Shown here: piece after piece, positions 19,392-30,569 of the stretch | Numbering within the stretch: the first letter of the stretch is position 1 | How the letters are laid out: each line of letters starts with the position of its first letter | DNA from: Deltaproteobacteria bacterium | GTDB lineage: Bacteria; Desulfobacterota; Binatia; HRBIN30; CADEER01 | Assembly (NCBI GenBank): GCA_033764095.1 | Contig: JANRJF010000458.1 | Coordinates: forward strand, 4,814-68,813 | DNA length: 64,000 nucleotides | Reading direction: 5' to 3' | Made by a program: the position numbers and the translations under genes | The notes under the pieces: generated by a model | Told to the model about the DNA's origin: nothing | What the model saw: only the letters and a program-made list of their open reading frames with translations | Database searches by the model: none

Positions 19392-20243
19392 ATGATGACG
19401 ACGCGTACGAAGATCGCTCTCGCCCGCATCGTCCACCGCGTCATTGCGCGCGGCCGGCGCCTGGCTGGTCGGGGCAGCTCGACGGTCGCGGCGCGCGGCG
19501 GCATTCGCTACCACCTCGACCTCGACGAGGGGATCGACTTCTCGCTCTATCTGCTCGGCGCCTTCGAGCCGCGCACACGCCGCGCGCTGCGGCGGCTGGT
19601 CAGGCGCGGCGACGTGGTGTTCGACATCGGCGCGAACATCGGCGCCCACACGCTCGACCTGGCGCGGGCGGTCGGCAGCGCCGGCCACGTCTACGCGTTC
19701 GAGCCGGCCGACCTCGCCTTCGCCAAGCTGCAGCGCAACCTGGCGCTGAACCCGCCGCTGGCCGCGCGCACCTCGGCCAGCCGCATGTTCCTCGCCGCGG
19801 TGTCGAGCGGCGCGCGCGCGCCGGACACCTATGCGAGCTGGCCGCTCGTCGCATGCACCGCAGTGCACCCGACGTTGCGCGGCCAACTGGCGTCCACCGC
19901 CGGGGCGGCGATCGCGTCGCTCGACGACTTCGTCAGCCGCCAGCGCGTCGCCCGACTCGACCTGATCAAGATCGACGTCGACGGCCACGAGCTGCCGGTG
20001 CTGCAGGGTGCCGCGGCGACGCTGCGCCGCTTCCGACCGACGCTGGTCATGGAGCTGGCGCCCTACCTGCACGCCGAGGCGCGGCATCGATTCGCCGACT
20101 TCATCGCGCTGCTGCGTCGCGCCGACTACTCGCTCCGCCCGCTCGGCGGGGGGCGGCCGCTGCCGCTCGACGCGGCCCGCCTCGCCCGCGCCATTCCCGA
20201 CGGCGCCAGCCGCAACGTCATCGCGCGCGCCGGGGGTGGATGA
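19392..20243 (+). CDS. FkbM-family SAM-dependent methyltransferase
   Basis: VVFDIGANIGAHTL motif I. FkbM-like length. GAGGAG RBS 8 nt upstream. Confidence 0.75.
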   Translation: MMTTRTKIALARIVHRVIARGRRLAGRGSSTVAARGGIRYHLDLDEGIDFSLYLLGAFEPRTRRALRRLVRRGDVVFDIGANIGAHTLDLARAVGSAGHVYAFEPADLAFAKLQRNLALNPPLAARTSASRMFLAAVSSGARAPDTYASWPLVACTAVHPTLRGQLASTAGAAIASLDDFVSRQRVARLDLIKIDVDGHELPVLQGAAATLRRFRPTLVMELAPYLHAEARHRFADFIALLRRADYSLRPLGGGRPLPLDAARLARAIPDGASRNVIARAGGG

Positions 20244-20360
20244 AGCGCGAAAGCGCGCGTCACCCGCGCCGCCCCGGCAGGCGTCCATACGCGCGGCGCG
20301 GGAGGCATGGCGCCGGGCGCGCCATGCCTCCCGTTGTTCAGGCGAAGCGACGTGCGCGTG

Positions 20361-22658
20361 TCAACTCGCGCTCGGCGCCGCCACCGCGGTGATCGGCTCC
20401 TCGGCCGCCGCTGCGGTCGGCTCGTACGACCAGCCGAACTTGAGGCCGGCGATGAACCAGGCGAAGGCGGCGACGCCGATCAGGAAGGTGCTGTCGCCGA
20501 CCAGGCGCATCCAGCGCAGCGTCACCAGCAGTGGCGTCTGCATGAACTCGGCGCTGCGCGCGAACCACAGGCCGTGCTCGATGCTGGCGCCGGCCTGCAG
20601 CAGTCCGATCGGCAGCAGGCTGAGCGCGACCATCAGGCCGAGGCCGACGTTCATCCCCCAGAAGGCGACGCGCAGCCAGCCCTCGCGCCAGGCGCCGAGC
20701 GGGGAGAGGCGGCGCAGCACCAGCAGAATGAGGCCGAGCGACAGCAGACCGTAGACCCCGAACAGCGCGGTGTGCGCGTGCACCGGCGTCGTGTTGAGCC
20801 CCTGCATGTAATACAGCGCCACCGGCGGATTGATCAGAAAACCGAAGACGCCGGCGCCGATCAGGTTCCAGAACGCGACGCCGAGGAAGAAGCGGATCGG
20901 CCACCGATAGCGTTCCATCCACGGCGCCCGCCGCCCGGCGTGCACGGTATCGAACGCCTCGAAGCCGATCAGCGCCAGCGGCACCACCTCGAGCGCGCTG
21001 AAGCTGGCGCCCACCGCCATCACCGACACCGGCGTGCCGCTGAAGTACAGGTGATGGAAGGTGCCGGGGATGCCGCCGAGCAGGAAGATGGCGGTCGAGA
21101 AGAGCGCCGCACTGGTCGCACTGGCCGGCCGCACCAGGCCGAGGCGGGCGAAGAGGAACGCCATCGCGGCGGTGGCGAAGACCTCCATGAACCCTTCGAC
21201 CCAGAGGTGGACCACCCACCAGCGCCAGTACTCCATCACCGACAGGTGGGTGCGCGCGCCGTAGAAGAAGCCGGCGGCGTAGAAGAGGCCGATCGCGCCG
21301 GCGGAGCCGGCGAACAGGGTCACCAGCGGGCGCATCTGGTCGCGCCGGCGCAACGCCGGCCAGAAGCCGCGCAAGGTCAGCACCAGCCACAGCACCAGGC
21401 CGACGAACAACGCGATCTGCCAGGCGCGCCCGAGGTCGACGTACTCGTACCCCTGATGCCCGAACCAGAAGCTCCAGCCGAGGCCGAGTCGGTTCTGCAC
21501 CGACAGCCATTCGCCGCCGAGCGAGCCGGCGACCACCGCCACCAGCGCCGCGAACAGCACGTTCACACCGAGCTTCTGGAAGCGCGGCTCCTGCCCGCCG
21601 ACCGCCGGAGCCAGGAACAGTCCGGCCGCGAGGAAGGCGGTGGCGATCCAGAACACGGCGAGCTGCAGATGCCAGGTGCGACTGACCGCGTACGGCAGCC
21701 ACGTCGCGAGCGGCAGGCCGAAGAAGGCGTCGCCCTCCACCGTGTAGTGCGCGGTGAGCGCACCGAGCAGCACCTGGACGACGAACATGGCGACGACGAC
21801 GTAGGCGAACTTGCCGACGGCGCGCATCGACGGCGTCAGCGCGATGCCGTCGAGCGGATCGCGCGCCGGCGGCTCGGGTGCCTCCTCGACGCGGTCGCGC
21901 GCCACCTTGTACCAGACCAGGGCGCCGATGCCGGCGATCAGCAGCACGATGCTGATCATCGACCAGATGAGGTTGGCGGCGGTCGGCTGATTGCCGACCA
22001 GCGGCTCGTGCGGCCAGTTGTTGGTGTACGTGACGGTGCTGTCCGGGCGCTCGGTGGTGCACGCCCAGGCGGTCCAGAAGAAGAAGCGGGTCAGCGCGGC
22101 GCGATCGCTGGGCTCCGGGACCGCGTCGTCCTGCAGGGCATAGGCGCGGCGCAAGCCGTCGAGCGACGCATCGCCGGCGAATAGCGCCGCATAGTGGGCG
22201 GCGGTCGCGGCGATCGCCGTGCCGCGCGCCTCGGAGATGGTCACCGTCTGGCTGGCGGCATCGTAGGTGTTGGTGCGCAGCTCGCGGCGTACGCGCGCCT
22301 CGACCGCGGCGCGCTGCTCGGGCGGCAACGCCGCCGCATCGACCCCGTACGCCTCGCGCGCGTACAGAGCGTTCAGCGCCGTCGCCTCGCGGTGCAGCCA
22401 GTCCGCCGACCAGTCCGGTGCCTGATACGCGCCGTGTCCCCAGATCGACCCGACCTGCTGGCCGCCGAGGCGCTGCCACACCTCCTGCCCATCCAGGATG
22501 GAGTCGTGCGTCGCGATCTCGACCCCGCTCGCGGTCACCACGCGGGCCGGAATCGGCGGCGCCTGGCGGTACACCTCGCGACCGAAGAAGCCCAGCACGC
22601 CGAAGCAGCCGAGCACGACCGCACCCAGCCCCAACCACAATCTCGTCGTCTCTTTCAT
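20361..22658 (-). CDS. norZ: Quinol-dependent nitric oxide reductase, single-subunit (qNOR, NorZ)
   Basis: ~765 aa. N-terminal TM plus periplasmic extension followed by a 12-TM heme-copper-oxidase core with conserved His. GGAGCG RBS. Confidence 0.88.
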   Translation of the reverse strand: MKETTRLWLGLGAVVLGCFGVLGFFGREVYRQAPPIPARVVTASGVEIATHDSILDGQEVWQRLGGQQVGSIWGHGAYQAPDWSADWLHREATALNALYAREAYGVDAAALPPEQRAAVEARVRRELRTNTYDAASQTVTISEARGTAIAATAAHYAALFAGDASLDGLRRAYALQDDAVPEPSDRAALTRFFFWTAWACTTERPDSTVTYTNNWPHEPLVGNQPTAANLIWSMISIVLLIAGIGALVWYKVARDRVEEAPEPPARDPLDGIALTPSMRAVGKFAYVVVAMFVVQVLLGALTAHYTVEGDAFFGLPLATWLPYAVSRTWHLQLAVFWIATAFLAAGLFLAPAVGGQEPRFQKLGVNVLFAALVAVVAGSLGGEWLSVQNRLGLGWSFWFGHQGYEYVDLGRAWQIALFVGLVLWLVLTLRGFWPALRRRDQMRPLVTLFAGSAGAIGLFYAAGFFYGARTHLSVMEYWRWWVVHLWVEGFMEVFATAAMAFLFARLGLVRPASATSAALFSTAIFLLGGIPGTFHHLYFSGTPVSVMAVGASFSALEVVPLALIGFEAFDTVHAGRRAPWMERYRWPIRFFLGVAFWNLIGAGVFGFLINPPVALYYMQGLNTTPVHAHTALFGVYGLLSLGLILLVLRRLSPLGAWREGWLRVAFWGMNVGLGLMVALSLLPIGLLQAGASIEHGLWFARSAEFMQTPLLVTLRWMRLVGDSTFLIGVAAFAWFIAGLKFGWSYEPTAAAAEEPITAVAAPSAS

Positions 22659-22686
22659 CTCACGCTCCGTTCCGCTGCCCGCCCGC

Positions 22687-23343
22687 TCAGCCGTTCAGCA
22701 CCGCCGGGAAGAGGACGTTGTTCTCCAGGTGGACGTGCCGCATCAGGTCGAGCTCCAACTCGCGCAGGCCGTCGTACAGCGCCCGCCAGGTTCCGCAGGC
22801 ATCGCTCGGTGCGACCAGATCCGCGGTCAGCGCCCGCGTGCGCCGCAGGTTCTCCGCATGATCCTCGTGCTCGGCCATCATCATCGTGATCGGCATGTGC
22901 GCGCGGGGGCCAAAGCCGGCGCGGATCATCGGGAAGAGGATCTGCTCCTCCTTCGCCATGTGCTCGCAGAGGCCGTCGCGCATGTCGGCGACGTGCAGCG
23001 CCAGCCCGACCGGGCAGGACGGTTTGTCGCGGTGCACGCGCTCGACCTTGCCGGCCATCTGCACCAGGCGAGTCAGCTCTTCGCGCAGCGGCTCGTGGAA
23101 GCGGGCGATGATGAAGTCCACCAGCGCCACCGGCGCCAATGACTCGGGCCGCACATCCATCTCCGCCGGCCGCGACTCGATCTCGGCCAACAAGACCTGC
23201 GGGTCGATGCCACGCTCGGCACAGGCCTCCTCCAGCGACCGGCGACCGCCACAACAGAAGTCCAACCGGTGGCGCTGCAGCACCCGCGCCGCGGCCGGTC
23301 CGGCCGCCGCCAACTCAGCCAATGTGGTTCTGGTCATTTCCAT
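22687..23343 (-). CDS. ytfE: Iron-sulfur cluster repair di-iron protein (RIC; YtfE/ScdA/DnrN family): ScdA_N (DFCCGG) plus hemerythrin-like domain
   Basis: LDFCCGG motif. Hemerythrin H/E ligands. AAGGGAG RBS. 28 nt upstream of norZ on the same strand, so a probable ric-norZ operon. Confidence 0.85.
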   Translation of the reverse strand: MEMTRTTLAELAAAGPAAARVLQRHRLDFCCGGRRSLEEACAERGIDPQVLLAEIESRPAEMDVRPESLAPVALVDFIIARFHEPLREELTRLVQMAGKVERVHRDKPSCPVGLALHVADMRDGLCEHMAKEEQILFPMIRAGFGPRAHMPITMMMAEHEDHAENLRRTRALTADLVAPSDACGTWRALYDGLRELELDLMRHVHLENNVLFPAVLNG

Positions 23344-23375
23344 GGAACGCTCCCTTCGTTCGGCGTGCTGCCCAC

Positions 23376-23392
23376 GGCTCAACGCAAGCCAC
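23376..23392 (-). promoter_or_regulatory. Candidate sigma-54 (-24/-12) promoter for ric-norZ: TGGCTTGCGTTGAGC read on the minus strand, GG-N10-GC spacing
   Basis: GG and GC are separated by 10 nt, ~33 nt upstream of the ric ATG. The -24 TGGC is good. The -12 element is imperfect. Confidence 0.4.
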
Positions 23393-23449
23393 GAACCACT
23401 CGCCATCGGGACCGCACGCGTCCGTTTCCCACCCTCTGGTGCGATTTGC

Positions 23450-23488
23450 ACAACAGGACCTCGTTGTGAGACACACAACGCCGTTGTA
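23450..23488. promoter_or_regulatory. Three overlapping inverted repeats built from GTTGT/ACAAC half-sites (CACAAC-N8-GTTGTG; GTTGTG-N5-CACAAC; ACAAC-N3-GTTGT). Candidate NorR enhancer (UAS) sites in the ric/norR divergent region.
   Basis: Read directly from the sequence. NorR-type sites are GT-N7-AC inverted repeats in triplicate upstream of sigma-54 promoters. The location is 60-100 bp upstream of the candidate -24/-12. Confidence 0.5.
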
Positions 23489-23499
23489 GGAATCGCAGC

Positions 23500-25055
<1,556 letters not shown>

Positions 25056-25059
<4 letters not shown>

Positions 25060-25628
25060 CGCGGCGCGCGCGTTTCACCCCTGCCGCGCTCGCGGCGTTC
25101 CGCGGTGCGCCGGTGGACGACGTCGTCGGGCGCGGCCTGCGCCTGCTCTTCGTCGGCATCAACCCCGGACTGTGGACGGCGGCGGTGAACGCGCACTTCG
25201 CCCGGCGCGGCAATCGCTTCTGGCCGGCGCTGCACGCGGCCGGCATCACCCCGACGCTGGTCGATGCCAGCGACGGCATGTCGCGCGCGGACCTCGCTAT
25301 GCTGCGCGGGCTCGGCGTCGGCATCACCAACATCGTGCCGACCGCCAGCGCGCGGGCCGACGAGCTGACGCTCGAGCAGCTGCGCGCCGGCGCGGCGGCA
25401 CTGGAAGCGAAGGTGCAGCGGCTGCGCCCGCGCGTCGTGGCGGTGCTCGGCCTCACCGCCTATCGCCAGGCCTTCGCCCGCCCGCGGGCGGGCGCCGGAC
25501 GGCAGTCCGACCGCCTCGCCGGCGCCGAGTTGTGGGTGTTGCCCAATCCGAGCGGCCTCAACGCGCACGACACCGTCGCCAGCCTGGCCGCCGCCTACCG
25601 CGCCGCCTGGGACGCGGGGCAGGCGTGA
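25056..25628 (+). CDS. mug: G/U mismatch-specific (Mug/TDG-family) uracil-DNA glycosylase
   Basis: GINPGL motif. ~190 aa. ATGA overlap with the norR stop, so probably cotranscribed. Confidence 0.8.
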
Positions 25629-25639
25629 GAAACCAGGGA

Positions 25640-25707
25640 GTGGTGGCCCTCCGCGGCCGCCGTCCCGCCAGCCCGGCCCGCACGGCGGCCACGGAGGGCC
25701 GCCACCA
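25640..25707 (+). terminator. Long GC-rich imperfect hairpin (about 25-bp arms GTGGTGGCCCTCCGCGGCCGCCGT / ACGGCGGCCACGGAGGGCCGCCACCAC) after mug, followed by CCGGTCCCCGGTTTG. Probable transcription terminator.
   Basis: The inverted repeat is read from the sequence, between the mug stop and the next gene start. Confidence 0.45.
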
Positions 25708-25758
25708 CGACCGGTCCCCGGTTTGAATCCCACCACTCGGGTTTGCGAAAGGTAGCGC

Positions 25759-27486
25759 ATGCTCGACACGCTGATTCGCAACGGCACGGTGGTGGACGGA
25801 ACCGGGGCGCCGGGGGTGCGCGCCGACGTCGGCATTCTGGACGGTCGCATCGTCTCGCTCGGGCGCACGACGGAAGCGGCGACGCGCACCATCGACGCCG
25901 ACGGGCTGGTGGTCGCGCCGGGTTTCATCGACCCGCACACGCACTACGACGCGCAGCTGTTCTGGGATCCGTTCGCCAGTCCCTCCAACCTGCACGGGGT
26001 GACCACCGTCATCGGCGGCAACTGCGGCTTCACGCTGGCGCCGCTCGGCGCCAACGACGCCGACTACATGCGGCGGCTGATGTCGAAGGTCGAGGGCATG
26101 CCGCTGGTGGCGCTGGAGACCGGCATCGAGTGGAACTGGTCGAGCTTCGCCGAGTACCTCGACCGGCTCGACGGCCGCATCGGCGTCAACGCCGGCTTCC
26201 TGGTCGGCCACTGCGCGCTGCGCCGCACGGTGATGGGCGAGGAGGCGGTCGGCGGCGCGGCGACCCTGGAGCAGACGCACGACATGGTGCGCCTGCTCGA
26301 CCAGTGCCTGGCCGCCGGCGGGCTCGGCTTCTCCTCCTCGCAGGCCTTCACGCATGTCGACGGCGACAACAACCCGGTGCCGTCGCGCTGCGCCTCGCGC
26401 GAGGAAACCCTGGCGCTCGCCGCCGCGGTGCGGCGCCACCCCGGCACGACGCTGGAGTTCATCATCGACGGCTGCCTGAACCAGTTCCAGGACAGCGAGA
26501 TCGGGCTGATGATCGCCATGTCGCTGGCCGCCAACCGGCCGCTCAACTGGAACGTCATGCAGGTCAGCGCGCTCAACCGGGCGCGTTACGAGCATCAGCT
26601 GTCGGCCGGCACCAAGGCGAAAGCGGCGGGGGCGAAGATCGTCGCGCTGACCATGCCGACGCTGGTCGGGCTGAAGATGAGCTTCCTCGACTACTGCGCG
26701 CTGAACTCGATCCCCGAGTGGGGACCGATCCTGGCGCTGCCGGTGCCCGAGCGCATCCGCGCGCTGCGCGATCCGGCGGTGCGCGAGCGCATGCGCGAGG
26801 GCGGCCGGCGCCCCGAGGCGGGCGTCTTCGGCGGGCTCGCCAAGGGCGAGCGTTTCCAGATCGGCGAGACGTTCGCGCCGGCCAACCAGGGCTTTGCCGG
26901 CCGCAAGGTGGCGGACATCGCCGCCGAGATCGGCCGCTCGCCGTTCGACACGCTGCTCGACATCGTCGTCGCCGACGAGCTGCGCACCGCGCTGTGGCCG
27001 TTGCCGACCGACGACGACGTCGACTCGTGGAAGTTGCGCGTCGACGTGTGGCGCGACGAGCGCGCGATGATCGGCGGCTCGGACGCCGGCGCCCACCTCG
27101 ATCGCATGTGCGGCTCCGGCTACCCGACCGGCCTGCTCGGCGAGGTGGTGCGCGAGCGCCAGCTGCTGCCGTTGGAAGAGGCCGTGCACATGCTCACCGG
27201 TGCACCGGCGGCGCTGTTCGGCCTGCACGAGCGCGGGCGCATCGCGCCGGGCCTGTGCGCCGACCTGGTGCTGTTCGACCCGAAGACCGTCGGCAGCGGG
27301 CAGATCCACACCCGCTTCGATCTGCCCGGCGGCGCCGACCGCATGTTCGTCGCCGCCAACGGCGTCGCGCGGGTGCTGGTCAACGGCCGCGACATCGTCG
27401 TCGACGGCGAGCCCACCGGCGAACTGCCCGGCCGCGTGCTGCGCTCCGGGCGCGACACCCAGACGGTCACCGTTCCTGGTGGGTGA
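25759..27486 (+). CDS. N-acyl-D-amino-acid deacylase (D-aminoacylase) family amidohydrolase
   Basis: FIDPHTHYD metal-binding motif. ~575 aa, typical of D-aminoacylases. Confidence 0.85.
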   Translation: MLDTLIRNGTVVDGTGAPGVRADVGILDGRIVSLGRTTEAATRTIDADGLVVAPGFIDPHTHYDAQLFWDPFASPSNLHGVTTVIGGNCGFTLAPLGANDADYMRRLMSKVEGMPLVALETGIEWNWSSFAEYLDRLDGRIGVNAGFLVGHCALRRTVMGEEAVGGAATLEQTHDMVRLLDQCLAAGGLGFSSSQAFTHVDGDNNPVPSRCASREETLALAAAVRRHPGTTLEFIIDGCLNQFQDSEIGLMIAMSLAANRPLNWNVMQVSALNRARYEHQLSAGTKAKAAGAKIVALTMPTLVGLKMSFLDYCALNSIPEWGPILALPVPERIRALRDPAVRERMREGGRRPEAGVFGGLAKGERFQIGETFAPANQGFAGRKVADIAAEIGRSPFDTLLDIVVADELRTALWPLPTDDDVDSWKLRVDVWRDERAMIGGSDAGAHLDRMCGSGYPTGLLGEVVRERQLLPLEEAVHMLTGAPAALFGLHERGRIAPGLCADLVLFDPKTVGSGQIHTRFDLPGGADRMFVAANGVARVLVNGRDIVVDGEPTGELPGRVLRSGRDTQTVTVPGG

Positions 27487-27577
27487 GCTCCTTCACAGGA
27501 GGCGCGGAGTCACGGAGTGTTCGGACAAGAGGCCCACAACGAACCTGCGTGTCTCCGCGTCTCCGTCTGAAGGGCTT

Positions 27578-28318
27578 CTACGGCGCGCCGGCCGCCGCGC
27601 GCACGGTGGGATGCGGATCGTCGCGCAGACGCTGGAGTACGGCCGGATTCCTGAGGCTCGGGTCCTGCTGCATCCGCTCGACGACGTAGAGGCGCACCCA
27701 CCAGGTTTCGTGGCGCGCCAGCCGTTCGAGGTCGGCGCTGCTGCGCGTACCGGTCAATAGCGCGCGGCGCGCCTCGGCATCGGTGACGTAGGTGTCGGCG
27801 AGCAGCGCGAGTCCGAGCTCGGGCGCGGTGTCCAGCATGTAGGCGATCAGCACGGTCGGCTCAGCGCCGCCGCCGCGCAACACGGCGGCGAACGCGGTGA
27901 AGTCCGGCGGTTCAGCGGCGGAGCCGCCGTCGAGCTGGTCGAACAGGTTGCGCAGCTCGCGCTGCAGCGCCGCATCGGGGGTGGCGAGGTAGGGGACGAC
28001 GGCCCGCAACTGTTGTTGCGGGGTGATGTGCAGCCGGTCGACGATCACCGCCGGCGCCATGCCGGCGCGCACGTCGGTGGCGCGCATGGAGAAGTAGAGC
28101 AGCTGCGGCACCAGCAGGCTGAAGTCGTCGCCACCCTTCGCCTTGAGGAGAATCAGCGGGCCGTTCAGCGCCGCTTCGCTGGTCGCCGTGGCGACGCGAG
28201 CGATCGCCTGCTGCATCGCCGCATCGGGGGTGACGGTGTCCAGGGCCGCGGCGCGGCGTTCGCCGGCGACCAGCGCCGCGCACAGCGCCAGACCGATGAG
28301 CCGCGGCCGGGGCCGCAC
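27578..28318 (-). CDS. Hypothetical secreted protein with HEAT/PBS-lyase-like repeats. The likely GTG start (28318) is translationally coupled to the upstream hydrolase gene.
   Basis: Signal-like N-terminus RPRPRLIGLALCAALVAG when started at GTG. C-terminal DPHPTVRAAA HEAT-like motif. The start is uncertain (ATG 28414 alternative). Confidence 0.45.
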   Translation of the reverse strand: MRPRPRLIGLALCAALVAGERRAAALDTVTPDAAMQQAIARVATATSEAALNGPLILLKAKGGDDFSLLVPQLLYFSMRATDVRAGMAPAVIVDRLHITPQQQLRAVVPYLATPDAALQRELRNLFDQLDGGSAAEPPDFTAFAAVLRGGGAEPTVLIAYMLDTAPELGLALLADTYVTDAEARRALLTGTRSSADLERLARHETWWVRLYVVERMQQDPSLRNPAVLQRLRDDPHPTVRAAAGAP

Positions 28319-28320
28319 GA

Positions 28321-30510
28321 TCAGCGCGGCACCCGCAGCAGCAGTGGATCGAGCACGCCGCTGCGCACGTTGGCGTGATCGTCGATGCTGGTGTGGACCA
28401 GCCCGCCGCCCCACGACTGGTTGTTCACGTTCACGTCGACCTCGGCGCCGCCGGTGGTGATCGAGTTGCCCTTAATCAGGAAGTCGCCGCGCTGGTAGTA
28501 GTTGACGTGGTAGGCGCTGCCGAGCGGCCGCCGCCGTTCCGAGTCGAGGTCGATGTCGGAGTCGTTCTCGATGCCGTCGATGTAGGCGGAGTACGGCATG
28601 GTGAAGGTGCCGATGCTGGCGCGGTTGATGTCGAGGCGCTCGGACAGGTCGTAGGTCGAGCCGCCGCCGTGGCTGTAGCCGAAGATCGAGACGATGCCGA
28701 TGCCGCGCTGCTGCACGGCGCGCACCACCTCGTCGTAAGCCGCGCCGGCGCCGCTGCTGCTGACATTGTCCTCGTCGTACATGTGGACGTCGTAGCCTTG
28801 CGTGTAGAGCGTCTTGGCGATGTTGAACACGCCGTGGTTCGAGTCCGGCGGGTCGCTCGGGCCCTGCCCCTCGCCGCCGAGCGCGATGATGACGCTGGTG
28901 AACGGGTAGAAGTGGATGGTGTCGTTGGCCAGTGTCGCACCGCCGCCGGCCGGACGCGCGCGCAGCTCGAGATCGGCGGCACCGCCGTTGGGGCTCTCGA
29001 TCCACACCGTGCGCGTGCCGCTGCCGTCGAAGGTCAGCACCTGCTCGGTGCCGGTGGTGAGGATCGCGGTCCCCTTCCCGTCGGCGCTCCAGACCTTGAT
29101 GTTGGCATTGCCGCGCACCAGCACGTACTCGAAGCCGAGCGGCGCGGTGGCCGGGCTGACCGCCAGCGTCACCTCGATCAGGTCGTTCTCGCCGCCGACC
29201 GTGCCGGTGTCGTCGCGGTCCACCGTGCCGTTGCCGTTGTCGTCATCGCCGTTGGCGCGGATCCCGGCGCCCGGGCTCTCCTCGCTGCCGTCGGGGACGG
29301 CGAGACGCTGGAACGGCGAGCCGTAGCTCTCCGAGCGCTGGCGATAGGCGGTCATCTGGATGCTGAACGACGGCGGCGTCGCCGTTGCGGTCGGCGTCGG
29401 CGTGGTCGTCTGCGTGGCGGTGAGGGTAGGAGTCGCCGTCAGCGTCGCGGTGTGCGTCGCCGTGTCGGCGGCGGTGGCGGTCGCGGTCGGCGTTTCGGTC
29501 GGTGTGTCCGTCGGCGTGGCGGTGGCGGTTGGGATCGCCGTCTCGGTGTCGGTCGCGGTGGGACTGGGGAGCGGCGTGTCGGTGTCGGTCGGGGTGCTGC
29601 TGGCCGTCGGGGTGGCGGTCGGTGTCGCGCTCGCCGTCGCACTGGGGGTCGCGGTCGGCGTGTCCGGCGCGGTCGGCAGCGGCGTGTGCGTCGGCGACGG
29701 CGTCGGGGTCGGCGTCGGGGTCGGCGGTGCGGGGTTGTAGACCGCGTCGAAGAGGACGTCGGCGGCGAGGTCGGCTGCGGCCGCGACGCATGCCTGCTCG
29801 CCAGCGACCTCGGCGGCGCAGCTGTCGAGCGCGGCGAGCCCGGACGCATCGCACGCCGCGATGGCCGTCTGCGCGCGCGCCAGGGCGGCGGCGACCTTGT
29901 CCAGCTGGTCGGCGGTCTGGCAGTCGACGCCGATCGGCGCGCGATCCTCGCCGAGCTGGCATTTCTGCTGATCCTTCACCCGCGCGATCAGGTAGCGGCG
30001 CAGCGCGTTGCCAATGTCGCGCTGGCAGCGCGCCGCCTCGGTGCTCGCCGGCAGCGCCGGCGCGCCGAGGATCTCGCTCAGCGCGGTGCCGGTGTGGGCC
30101 TCGGCCAGGCAGGCCATGCACTCGGCCACGCCGGCGTAGTCGTTGATGACGACGCTGCCGCACGGCGTCGGGCAGACCAGATAGCCGTTGTCGGACGGGA
30201 CGCTGTCGCGGCAGCCGCGCTGCGTCAGGCGAGCCAGGATGTCGCGCGCGTGCGCGACCTTCGCGCCGAGCCCGCTCGGGTCGTTGCAGTCCGCGGCCGG
30301 CGTGCCCGCCAGGCGCGCGTCGTGGCACTTGAGGCTGGCCTTGAGGATCGCGTCGGAGAGTCGCCGCACACCGCCGCCGATGCTCTTGCGGCACTTGATG
30401 CTCTCCTTGGAGAGCGCGTTCGCCGGCAGTGGAGCGGCGAGTACAGACGACGCCGCGACCAGTACCAACACCGCGCGGCTCAGCCGCCCCCAGGTCGACC
30501 TTGCGCTCAC
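28321..30510 (-). CDS. Secreted multidomain protein: Cys-rich N-terminal domain, PT-rich linker, and a C-terminal alpha/beta-hydrolase-like domain with a GYSHG nucleophile elbow (putative lipase/esterase)
   Basis: Signal peptide STWGRLSRAVLVLVAASSVLAAPLPANA. IFGYSHGGGSTYDL GxSxG motif. The start is ambiguous (TTG 30558 or GTG 30510). Confidence 0.6.
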   Translation of the reverse strand: MSARSTWGRLSRAVLVLVAASSVLAAPLPANALSKESIKCRKSIGGGVRRLSDAILKASLKCHDARLAGTPAADCNDPSGLGAKVAHARDILARLTQRGCRDSVPSDNGYLVCPTPCGSVVINDYAGVAECMACLAEAHTGTALSEILGAPALPASTEAARCQRDIGNALRRYLIARVKDQQKCQLGEDRAPIGVDCQTADQLDKVAAALARAQTAIAACDASGLAALDSCAAEVAGEQACVAAAADLAADVLFDAVYNPAPPTPTPTPTPSPTHTPLPTAPDTPTATPSATASATPTATPTASSTPTDTDTPLPSPTATDTETAIPTATATPTDTPTETPTATATAADTATHTATLTATPTLTATQTTTPTPTATATPPSFSIQMTAYRQRSESYGSPFQRLAVPDGSEESPGAGIRANGDDDNGNGTVDRDDTGTVGGENDLIEVTLAVSPATAPLGFEYVLVRGNANIKVWSADGKGTAILTTGTEQVLTFDGSGTRTVWIESPNGGAADLELRARPAGGGATLANDTIHFYPFTSVIIALGGEGQGPSDPPDSNHGVFNIAKTLYTQGYDVHMYDEDNVSSSGAGAAYDEVVRAVQQRGIGIVSIFGYSHGGGSTYDLSERLDINRASIGTFTMPYSAYIDGIENDSDIDLDSERRRPLGSAYHVNYYQRGDFLIKGNSITTGGAEVDVNVNNQSWGGGLVHTSIDDHANVRSGVLDPLLLRVPR
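29371..29733 (-). repeat. Low-complexity DNA encoding the Pro/Thr (TPTATPT...) linker of the secreted hydrolase
   Basis: The protein segment PAPPTPTPTPTPSPTHTPLPT...ATATPPS maps here. The DNA is GTCGGCGT-rich. Confidence 0.6.
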
Positions 30511-30569
30511 GTTCCCCCCGGTCGCGGACCGTACTAGACATGGGCGACCGCTGTCCAAGAGTTTCTGCG

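Noticed and set aside
25715-25745. tRNA-like T-loop sequence GGTTTGAATCCC after mug
   Set aside because: No acceptor stem, D-arm or anticodon arm can be built. The upstream sequence is a long GC hairpin, so I interpret it as a terminator region, not a tRNA.
30429-30569. Upstream extension of the tesB ORF (MERRVQTTPRPVPTPRGS...)
   Set aside because: It overlaps the divergent hydrolase gene start region and lacks TesB homology. The start was moved to the MTMTFRQMM cluster at 30570.
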